Shown here: one piece after another, positions 56,849 to 64,000 of the stretch
Position numbering within the stretch: position 1 is the first letter of the stretch
How the letters are laid out: every line of letters begins with the position of its first letter
Source: Myxococcota bacterium
Lineage (GTDB): Bacteria; Myxococcota_A; UBA9160; UBA4427
Length of the DNA stretch: 64,000 bases
NCBI GenBank assembly: GCA_965250285.1
Contig: OZ252299.1
Location: 32,001 to 96,000, forward strand
Reading direction: 5' to 3'
The notes under the pieces: model-generated
Told to the model about the DNA's origin: nothing
Databases searched by the model: none
Seen by the model: the letters and a program-made list of their open reading frames with translations, nothing else
Translations under genes and position numbers: made by a program

Positions 56849-58195
56849 TCAGTCAGCGGCGCCGAGGTCGTTCGCGCGCTGCCAGGTGAGCGCCTGCTCG
56901 CTCCAGACGCCGATCTTCTCGCCGGGCAGCGGGTCGCGCGTCGGCCAGGGCTCGGTGAGGTCGACGGCGCGCCCCTTCGAGATCACGGCGCGCAGCCGGC
57001 TGCGATCGCCGAGGATTCGGATGTCCTGCAGTGGGTCGCCGTCGACGACGATCACGTCGGCCTTCATGCCGTCGGCGACCACCCCGATCTCGCCTTCCAT
57101 CTTGAGCGCCCGGGCGCCCTCGCTCGTCGCGGTGCGGATCGCTTCGAGGGGCGTCAGGCCGAGGTGCTTGACGAAGACCTCCATCTCGCGCGCGTGCCAG
57201 TGGCCGTAGGGTGTGAGCGAGAAGCCGCTCTCCGAGCCCGACACCATCGGCACGCCGAGGTCGTATGCCTTGCGCAGCCATCCGCTCGAATCGTCGATCT
57301 CGCGCCGGAACAGGTCGATCAGGGCCGGTGTGGCGCCGACCTTGTGACCGAAGTCGGCCAGGTTGGCCTGGAACGTGAGCGTCGGCGTGATCGCCACCCC
57401 GTGCTCGACGACGGCTTCGAGCGCTTCGTCGTCGAGGTTGGTCGCGTGCAGGATCATGTCGACGCCGGCGCGGGCGCAGTCTCGCGTCGACGAGGCATTG
57501 CGGCAGTGCGCCACCACCGGGATCCCGAGATCGTGGGCGGTGTCGCAGACGGTGCGCAGCTCGTCGAGCGTCCACACCTGGATCTCGCCCTGGGCCCGCT
57601 GCCGGGGGATGAGCCCGGTGGCGTGGATCTTGATCCAGTCGACGCCCGATTTGATCTGGCGCCGCGTCGTCGTGATCATCTCGTCCTTCGTGTTGACGAT
57701 CTGGGCGTAGCCGCGGTTGCCTTCGTTCGGGATCAGCAGCCCGGCCGTGCCGCCGACCGCGGTGAGCAGCGCGTTGCCGCCCGTGGCCATGCGCGGCCCC
57801 GGGATCACGCCCGCCTCGATCGAGTCGCGCAGATCGACACCGAGGTTGAACAGTACGTCGGCGTCGAGAAAGCCCGTCACGCCGGCGAGCAGCAGCTTCT
57901 TCACGCTCTGGGTCGCGACGAGGGCGGCCAGGCCCTCGCGTCGGTGGAAGAAGAGCTCGTCGTTCGACTGGGGCTCGGCGAACGTGACGTGGCAGTGGGC
58001 GTCGATGAGACCGGGCATCACCGTGCACCCGCTCGCGTCGATGCGCTCGACGTCTTCGCGCCCCTTGGCTGCATCGCGCGCGCCGAAGCCGACGGCGACG
58101 ATCTCGTCGCCGTCGATCAGCAGCGCTTCGAGAGCCCGCGGCTCGGCCCCGGTCCCATCGATGAGCGTTCCGTTCTCGATCAGGATGGCCGACAT
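56849..58195 (-). CDS. Amidohydrolase family protein (prolidase-like)
   Basis: MPGLIDAHCH, GVDWIKI, VAH, ILHA, G..AD..VVDGDPL. Confidence 0.9.
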   Translation of the reverse strand: MSAILIENGTLIDGTGAEPRALEALLIDGDEIVAVGFGARDAAKGREDVERIDASGCTVMPGLIDAHCHVTFAEPQSNDELFFHRREGLAALVATQSVKKLLLAGVTGFLDADVLFNLGVDLRDSIEAGVIPGPRMATGGNALLTAVGGTAGLLIPNEGNRGYAQIVNTKDEMITTTRRQIKSGVDWIKIHATGLIPRQRAQGEIQVWTLDELRTVCDTAHDLGIPVVAHCRNASSTRDCARAGVDMILHATNLDDEALEAVVEHGVAITPTLTFQANLADFGHKVGATPALIDLFRREIDDSSGWLRKAYDLGVPMVSGSESGFSLTPYGHWHAREMEVFVKHLGLTPLEAIRTATSEGARALKMEGEIGVVADGMKADVIVVDGDPLQDIRILGDRSRLRAVISKGRAVDLTEPWPTRDPLPGEKIGVWSEQALTWQRANDLGAAD

Positions 58196-58218
58196 CGCGA
58201 ACCCCCGGGCGCTCCGCC

Positions 58219-59955
58219 TCAGGCGGTGGTCTTCGTCTCGAACAGCTCGTCGCGCAGCGGGAAGCGCTCGTAGACACGGGCGACGATCTCGTCGGGCACG
58301 TCCCACACGGCCTGCTGCGGGCCGACGGCGTCGGTCGTCATCCACTCGGGCAGCCGGTCGTCTTCGGGCTTGAAGCCGGCCCTGCGATTGAACGCCCACT
58401 CCTCCTCGAGGATGCGCCAGCCGAGATCGGCGATCGCTTGGCGGCTGACCTCTTTGCCGTAGAGGTGCGAGTAGAACCCGCGCAGGTCGTCGAGCGTCGT
58501 CTGCAAGAAGTGGCAGCAGCCCGACGAGTCGTTGGTCGCGATCACGAGCTGCAGCTCCTGCGAGCGAATCGCGAGCTCGCTCTGCGGCACCGACGGATCC
58601 ATGATCAGGCCGGCCGTATGGTCGGCGCCCTGCGCGCTGGTCGCGTAGCACATGCCGGTCGCGTGCAGCGTCCGCGGCTCCCACGCCGCGATCGCTTGGC
58701 CCTTCACCACGGGCAGGCGCTGGTGGCCGGTGTACTCGCCGGTCGTCTGGGCGCCGTCGCCGATGGTGCGGCCGACCTCGCTGCCCGCCGAGATCTCGTC
58801 GAAGAGCTTCTTCATGCCCGAGAGGTCGCCGTACTCCATCCGGCCGGCGTCCATGTAGACGCCGATCGCGGCGCCGGTCTCGATCGTGTCGAGGCCGACG
58901 TCGTCGCAGAGCCGGTCGAGCTCGGCGACCGCGTCCCACTCGTAGATGCCGCAGTTCGACCCGAGCAGGGCGAGTGTCTCGAACTCGAGCGCGCTGGTGC
59001 GGTAGCTGCCGTCGGGCGCATGAACCTCGTTGCTGCACTGGACGATGCACCCTGTCATGCAGTTGTGCATCTCGCCGCCGCGCTCCTCGAAGCTCGCCAT
59101 GATGCCGCTGCCGTCGAGGCCCTCCCACTGCTCGCTCTGCACGCCCTCGCGGTTGTTCGTGGGCAGGGAGGCGAGGGCGTTGGCGGCGCCCACGAAGGCC
59201 GAAGTGCCGCCCGCGAAGATCTGCGGTGCGTCGAGGGTCGCGCGGCTGAAGCTCTTGACGAGCGCCATGAACTCCTTCATCTCGGCGGGCCTGCGCACGG
59301 GCAGCTTGCCAGGGTCGACCGAGACGTACTTGAGACCCTTGGCGCCCATGACGGCACCCATGCCACCGCGCGCCGCGTGGCGCGTCGGGTAGCGGTTGCC
59401 CTGATCGGTGCACGCAATCGATGCACCCTTGAGGCCGAGCTCGCCCGCCGGGCCGATCACGATGAACGAGGTCGTGTCGGTGGCCTTCTGGCCGAGCCCC
59501 TCGACGAGCTCGTAGTTCCACTTGCCGGTCGTCTCGGGGGCCTCGACGAGCCGTGCGCCGTCGGCGTCGATATGCAGGCCGTAGCGCTGTTCGCGGTCGG
59601 CGGCCTGCCCCTTCACCACGATGCCGCGAATGCCGAGCTTCATCAGATGCTGGCCGGGCTCACCGCCGGCGTTGGCTTCCTTGATGCCGCCGGTGAGCGG
59701 GCTCTTCGCGCCGAAGCTGATGCGGCCACTGGTCGGGACCGCGGTGCCCGAGAGCACGCCCGGGGCCATCACGAGCACGTTGTCGGGGCCGAGCGGGTCA
59801 CACGTCGGATCGCACTCTTCGGTGAGCACGCGCGAGATGAGCGCCCGCCCGCCGAGCAGCTGCCACTCGGAGGGATACGGCGTGAACTCGATCTCGCCGG
59901 TGGACATGTCGACGCGCAGCAGTCGGTCGTCGCTCGGGTCGGCGCCCTTGGCCAT
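58219..59955 (-). CDS. Aldehyde:ferredoxin oxidoreductase family (W/Mo-pterin, 4Fe-4S)
   Basis: KSPLTGGIKEANAGG, AARGGMGAVMGAK, CMTGCIVQC, EFET, CDDVGLDTIE, GADH, DSSGCC. Confidence 0.93.
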   Translation of the reverse strand: MAKGADPSDDRLLRVDMSTGEIEFTPYPSEWQLLGGRALISRVLTEECDPTCDPLGPDNVLVMAPGVLSGTAVPTSGRISFGAKSPLTGGIKEANAGGEPGQHLMKLGIRGIVVKGQAADREQRYGLHIDADGARLVEAPETTGKWNYELVEGLGQKATDTTSFIVIGPAGELGLKGASIACTDQGNRYPTRHAARGGMGAVMGAKGLKYVSVDPGKLPVRRPAEMKEFMALVKSFSRATLDAPQIFAGGTSAFVGAANALASLPTNNREGVQSEQWEGLDGSGIMASFEERGGEMHNCMTGCIVQCSNEVHAPDGSYRTSALEFETLALLGSNCGIYEWDAVAELDRLCDDVGLDTIETGAAIGVYMDAGRMEYGDLSGMKKLFDEISAGSEVGRTIGDGAQTTGEYTGHQRLPVVKGQAIAAWEPRTLHATGMCYATSAQGADHTAGLIMDPSVPQSELAIRSQELQLVIATNDSSGCCHFLQTTLDDLRGFYSHLYGKEVSRQAIADLGWRILEEEWAFNRRAGFKPEDDRLPEWMTTDAVGPQQAVWDVPDEIVARVYERFPLRDELFETKTTA

Positions 59956-60113
59956 CGTGCTCTCCTTGATCTATGTGACTCGGTGTCGGGCTCGCAGACC
60001 GACACGGGTACCTTCTGCGGCTCGTCCAGTGCGACCGGATCGAGCCCCTTCACACCCCTCTCGGCGTGCGAAGCCGTCGCGAGAGTCTATCACTCGATCC
60101 GCTGCGGCGGCGC

Positions 60114-61106
60114 TCAGGCGATGCGCAGCAGTCGCCGCGCGTTCGCTGCCAGCTTTGGCGCCAGATCGCCCAAGCCTTCGTGAACGCCCTGATCCCAGCC
60201 CGCGAAGTTCGTGCCCCAGACGAGACGCTCGTCCCCGACCGCGGCGCGCAGCAGCTCGAGGCTGCGCGGATCGTGCACATGCACGTCGAACCAGATACGC
60301 GACATCTCGGCCTCGAACGCGCCATCCGGGCGCAGCCGTTCGGGCGACCAGGGGCGCTTGCGCGCGGCGCACGCCATGCGGCCCTGCAGGAAGGGCGCGC
60401 CGCCGCCGCCGTGGCTCAGGCAGACGTCGAGCGACGGGTGGCGATCGAGCACGCCGCCGAAGACGAGAGTCGCGACGGCGAGGCTCTCTTCGGCCGCAAA
60501 GCCGAGCACCAGGTCGAGGTCGAAGCGCCGCAGGCGCGGGTCACCGGCAGGGCCATCGATGCCTGCCGGCGCCGGGTGCAGGAAGAGCGGCACGTTCTGC
60601 GCGACGACGGCGGCGTAGAAGTCGTCGAGCTCGGGTGCGTCGAGCTCGAGCCCGAACTCGGTGCCGACGTAGGCACCGACCAGTCCCAGGTCGCCGCAGG
60701 CGCGTTCGAGCTCGCGGGCCGCCTCTTTGGGCGATTGCATCGGCAGCGCCGCGAACCCGGCCAGCCGCTCGGGGTGACCGGCGACGAGCTCGGCGAGCAC
60801 GTCGTTGTGTTTGCGACAGAAGTCGAGGGCTTCCCCCGGATCGATGTGATGGAAGTACGTGAGCGGGTTCGGCGAGAGCACCTGCAGGTCGATGCCGGCT
60901 GCGTCCATCGCGGCGAGCCGAAGATCGACATCCATGAACGGCGAGCCGCGGTACTTCACGCCGTCGAGTCGATACTCGCCGACGCGAAACCAGGGCACGC
61001 CGCAGTCGTCGGCGCCGAGCTCGGGCCCGTGCGCGCCCGCCGCGCCCATGACTTCTTCGAGGACGACGTGGGCGTGCACATCGATCGTGGTCGGACGTGA
61101 GGCCAT
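60114..61106 (-). CDS. Amidohydrolase_2 family (ACMSD/decarboxylase-like)
   Basis: IDVHAH, LFLHP, SHGGG..P, GTNF. Confidence 0.88.
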   Translation of the reverse strand: MASRPTTIDVHAHVVLEEVMGAAGAHGPELGADDCGVPWFRVGEYRLDGVKYRGSPFMDVDLRLAAMDAAGIDLQVLSPNPLTYFHHIDPGEALDFCRKHNDVLAELVAGHPERLAGFAALPMQSPKEAARELERACGDLGLVGAYVGTEFGLELDAPELDDFYAAVVAQNVPLFLHPAPAGIDGPAGDPRLRRFDLDLVLGFAAEESLAVATLVFGGVLDRHPSLDVCLSHGGGGAPFLQGRMACAARKRPWSPERLRPDGAFEAEMSRIWFDVHVHDPRSLELLRAAVGDERLVWGTNFAGWDQGVHEGLGDLAPKLAANARRLLRIA

Positions 61107-61261
61107 CAGCGCCCACGAGGGTACCGCGAATGCGACGGTGCGTAGGGGGCGACTCGGTGACCGAGCGGGACACGGGCCCGGGTGAATCCGGCATGCCCCG
61201 GGCCATAGCCCGGCTCGATCTCGGCGGACTAGACTCTCGCACCCAACGGGAGACCTTGAAC

Positions 61262-61792
61262 ATGGCCGACGAGACCATCCAGAACTACGAAGACGTGACC
61301 GTCTATCCCCTCGACGACGACGTGCGCGAGAAGCTGCTGCTCGAACAGAACGAGTGCAGCTTCTTGTGGGGCACGAAGGATCACTGGCCCATGGGCGTGA
61401 TCATGAGTTACGTCTGGCAGGACGGGAAGTTCTGGCTCACCGCGACGAGTCAGCGCGCGCGGGTGAAGGCGCTGCGTCGCGACCCCCGCTGCTCGGTGAT
61501 CGTGTCGGGCGTCGGCACCTCGATCGGTCCGTCGCGCTCGATCACGGTGAAGGGACGCGTGACCTTTCACGACGACGACGAGGTCAAGTCGTGGTTCTAT
61601 CCGAAGGTCGCGGCGGCGATCCTGCGCGGCGCACCGCAAGAGATGATCGACCACTTCGTACAGATGCTCGACAGCGAGCGTCGACTCGTCTTCGAGGTGA
61701 CGCCCGAGAAGTGGATCACGTATGACGCCTCGAAGATGATGATGGCATCGATGGCCTCGGCGAAGGCCGGCGGCGGCGCCCAGCTCGACTGA
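61262..61792 (+). CDS. Pyridoxamine 5'-phosphate oxidase-like (split barrel; possibly F420-binding) protein
   Basis: W.TKD.WP.GV.MSY, R.KALRRDPRCSV.V, TPEKW.TYD. Confidence 0.78.
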   Translation: MADETIQNYEDVTVYPLDDDVREKLLLEQNECSFLWGTKDHWPMGVIMSYVWQDGKFWLTATSQRARVKALRRDPRCSVIVSGVGTSIGPSRSITVKGRVTFHDDDEVKSWFYPKVAAAILRGAPQEMIDHFVQMLDSERRLVFEVTPEKWITYDASKMMMASMASAKAGGGAQLD

Positions 61793-61817
61793 CGATCACA
61801 ACCGGGTAGGAGACGAG

Positions 61818-62642
61818 ATGCAGCAGCTCGACGGGAAGGTCGCCGTGATCACGGGCGGCGGCAGCGGCATCGGCCGAGGCATGGCGCTCGCGTTCGGCGA
61901 ATCGGGGATGAAAGTGGTCCTGGCCGAGATCGACGGTGCCGCGGCGTCGGCCACGGCATCGGAGCTCGAAGGCAAGGGCATCGAAGCAGTGGCCGAGCAC
62001 GTCGACGTCACCGATCGCGAGTCGGTGCGCGGCCTCGCAGATCGCGTCTACGACCGGTTCGGTGAGGTCCACCTCCTCTGCAACAACGCCGGCGTGTCGG
62101 CCTGGGGCACCCTCGACAGTGTCGACGAGACCGAGTTCGACTGGGTCATGAAGGTGAACCTCGACGGGGTCGTGAACGGCCTGCTCACGTTCGTCCCGCG
62201 TATGGCCAAACAGCCGGGTGAGAAGCACGTCGTGAACACGGCCTCGACGGCGGCGCTCAGCGGGATCCCTTCGCTCGGTCACTACGTGGCGAGCAAGCAC
62301 GCCGTGCTCGGCATCAGTGAGACGCTGTCGGTCGAAGGGGCGGTCTACGGCCTCGGGTGCTCGGTGCTTTGCCCGGGGGCGACCAACACGGGCATCGTCA
62401 AGGCGGCACGCAACCGCCCCGATGCGTTCGGGGGCAAGAGCGACGAGTTCAACCCACTGGTGCAGAAGGCGATCGAGCGCGGCTTCGACGCCGAAGAGGT
62501 CGGTCGCATCGTCCGGCAGAGCGTGCTCGACGGCGATCTCTTCATCTTCACGCACGCCGAGAGTCGCGACGCGATCGAGAAGCGCTACGCCGCGATGATG
62601 GCCGCGCAGGAGAAGGCCGAGCAGCGAGAGCGGGTCGGCTGA
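61818..62642 (+). CDS. SDR family oxidoreductase
   Basis: TGGGSGIG, NNAG and YVASK motifs. Confidence 0.93.
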   Translation: MQQLDGKVAVITGGGSGIGRGMALAFGESGMKVVLAEIDGAAASATASELEGKGIEAVAEHVDVTDRESVRGLADRVYDRFGEVHLLCNNAGVSAWGTLDSVDETEFDWVMKVNLDGVVNGLLTFVPRMAKQPGEKHVVNTASTAALSGIPSLGHYVASKHAVLGISETLSVEGAVYGLGCSVLCPGATNTGIVKAARNRPDAFGGKSDEFNPLVQKAIERGFDAEEVGRIVRQSVLDGDLFIFTHAESRDAIEKRYAAMMAAQEKAEQRERVG

Positions 62643-62677
62643 GCCAATATCAGCCCCCAACCCGGGGGAGCCCCACC

Positions 62678-63079
62678 ATGAAGATCGTTCGGTATCTGCT
62701 GATCGCCCTCGTCGTCTACGTCGGCATCGTCGTGGCCTTCGAATCATTGCTCGGCGTGATCCAGCCCCGGCCCGAGGGCGTGATGGTGCTCACGACGTTC
62801 GACGCCGACGGTACGGCCCACGAGCGCGTGCTCTCACGCGTGGACGATGGCGACCGGCTCTACGTGGCCGTGAACCACTGGCCGCGTCAATGGTTCTGGC
62901 GACTGCAGGCGCAGCCCGAAGTCGAAGTGACGATCGACGGCGAGAAGACCGACCGCACGGCCGTGGTGATCGAAGGGGACGAGCTCGCCCGGGTCGATGC
63001 GATTCGGCCACTCGGGCCGGTCTTTCGCACGCTGACGGGCTTTCCGCCCCGCCACTTCGTTCGACTCGATCCGCGCTGA
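62678..63079 (+). CDS. Membrane-anchored nitroreductase/deazaflavin-reductase-like protein
   Basis: N-terminal TM; LTT.D..G..H.RV, W..L.A.PEV.V, RLDPR. Confidence 0.72.
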   Translation: MKIVRYLLIALVVYVGIVVAFESLLGVIQPRPEGVMVLTTFDADGTAHERVLSRVDDGDRLYVAVNHWPRQWFWRLQAQPEVEVTIDGEKTDRTAVVIEGDELARVDAIRPLGPVFRTLTGFPPRHFVRLDPR

Positions 63080-63196
63080 GGCGGTCGTTCCCCACCGGTC
63101 ACCGGTCACCGGTCACCGGCCTGTTGAACCGGCGGCGCGGCCACGCGGGACGCGGCACACTGCGCGCGCGCGGTCGAGCTGCGCCGGAGGTCGGTC

Positions 63197-64000
63197 TTGG
63201 TTCGCATTGCATCTGCTTCGACGATCTTCGCACTCGCGTTGGTTTTTTCGGCCTGGCTCCCCGGCATGGGGTGGGCGGAGCCGAGCGCGTCGCCTCGCAG
63301 CGTGATCCTGATCATCGGCGACGGCATGGACGACACGCAGGTCACCATCGCGCGCAACTACCTCGTCGGCGCGCGCGGCCGACTCGGCCTCGACGCGATG
63401 CCCGTCCGCGGCGCGGTGCAGGTCTTGACCGTCGCCGAAGACGATCCACAGCAGCCGGTCTATGTGGCCGACTCGGCCAACAGCGCGACGGCCATGGCGA
63501 GCGGGATCGTGACGAGTCGAGGTCGGCTCGGCACGACGGCGGGGACGGACGAAGACGTCGTCACGATCGTCGAGCTCGCCCGCGACGCGGGCCTCGCGAC
63601 GGGGCTCGTCACGACGAGCAGCATCACCGACGCGACGCCCGCAGCCTTCGCCGCGCACGTGCGGCGCCGCTCGTGCGAGAGCCCCGAGTCGATGGCGCCC
63701 GGCTCCGAGTTTCTGGGCGGCGCCACCGGGGGCTGCCCCGACGATCTGATCTCGAAGGGGGGGCTCGGGTCGATCTCGGAGCAGCTGGCCGCCTCGAATG
63801 TCGACGTGCTGCTCGGCGGCGGCGCTGACGAGTTCGCCCCGACCGTCGAGGACGGCTCCGAGACCGTGCGCCAGCGCGCGGTGGCGAACGGCTACCTGGT
63901 CGTCGACGATGCGGTCGCACTCGCGGCCGCGCCGATCGGTCGGAAGATTCTCGGGCTGTTCGCGCCGGGAAACCTCCCGCCTCGTTGGCGCGGCGAGGAC
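63197..64000 (+). CDS. phoA: Alkaline phosphatase, 3'-truncated by window edge (absent from ORF track)
   Basis: Read manually: TTG start after GGAGG; signal peptide; VILIIGDGM, VADSANSATAMASG, TGLVTT..ITDATPAAFAAH, DVLLGGG. Confidence 0.93.
   Translation, partial: MVRIASASTIFALALVFSAWLPGMGWAEPSASPRSVILIIGDGMDDTQVTIARNYLVGARGRLGLDAMPVRGAVQVLTVAEDDPQQPVYVADSANSATAMASGIVTSRGRLGTTAGTDEDVVTIVELARDAGLATGLVTTSSITDATPAAFAAHVRRRSCESPESMAPGSEFLGGATGGCPDDLISKGGLGSISEQLAASNVDVLLGGGADEFAPTVEDGSETVRQRAVANGYLVVDDAVALAAAPIGRKILGLFAPGNLPPRWRGED

Noticed and set aside
63093..63120. CACCGGT x4 heptamer repeat upstream of phoA as a Pho box or iteron
   Set aside because: The 7-bp period does not fit the 11-bp Pho-box repeat; most likely a simple slippage repeat

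Overview
A 64-kb window from a very GC-rich diderm bacterium. The gene content (PilZ/DUF4388, PEP-CTERM, many SDR, acyl-CoA dehydrogenase and F420-family enzymes) suggests a Myxococcota-like lineage, which is an inference. No rRNA, tRNA, CRISPR array, transposase or integrase was seen. Housekeeping genes are pnp (5'-truncated), dut, cdsA, purC, purF and kdsA. Accessory blocks: (1) 4278-7914, a three-gene surface module made of a small CTERM-anchored protein and two tandem paralogous exported proteins with a near-identical N-terminal domain and divergent IPT/TIG + DUF1554-like tips; (2) a long, apparently structured purF leader; (3) an RND pump preceded by a small ORF and a sigma-54 promoter; (4) 38720-51171, a heme/iron-uptake island with three near-identical Fur-like operators, two hemP paralogs, TonB-dependent receptor, TonB, ExbBD, a HutX-like protein, an IsdE-like ABC system, an uncharacterised His-rich protein and two C-terminally sorted surface proteins that may be unrecognised hemophores; (5) 51168-63079, a catabolic cluster combining an atypical P450, a phytanoyl-CoA-dioxygenase-family enzyme, an aldehyde:ferredoxin oxidoreductase, amidohydrolases and SDRs. 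The window ends inside an alkaline phosphatase gene. Family calls come from recognising motifs by eye; no database search was run. Many start codons were moved downstream of the ORF-track starts using RBS and gene-overlap evidence.
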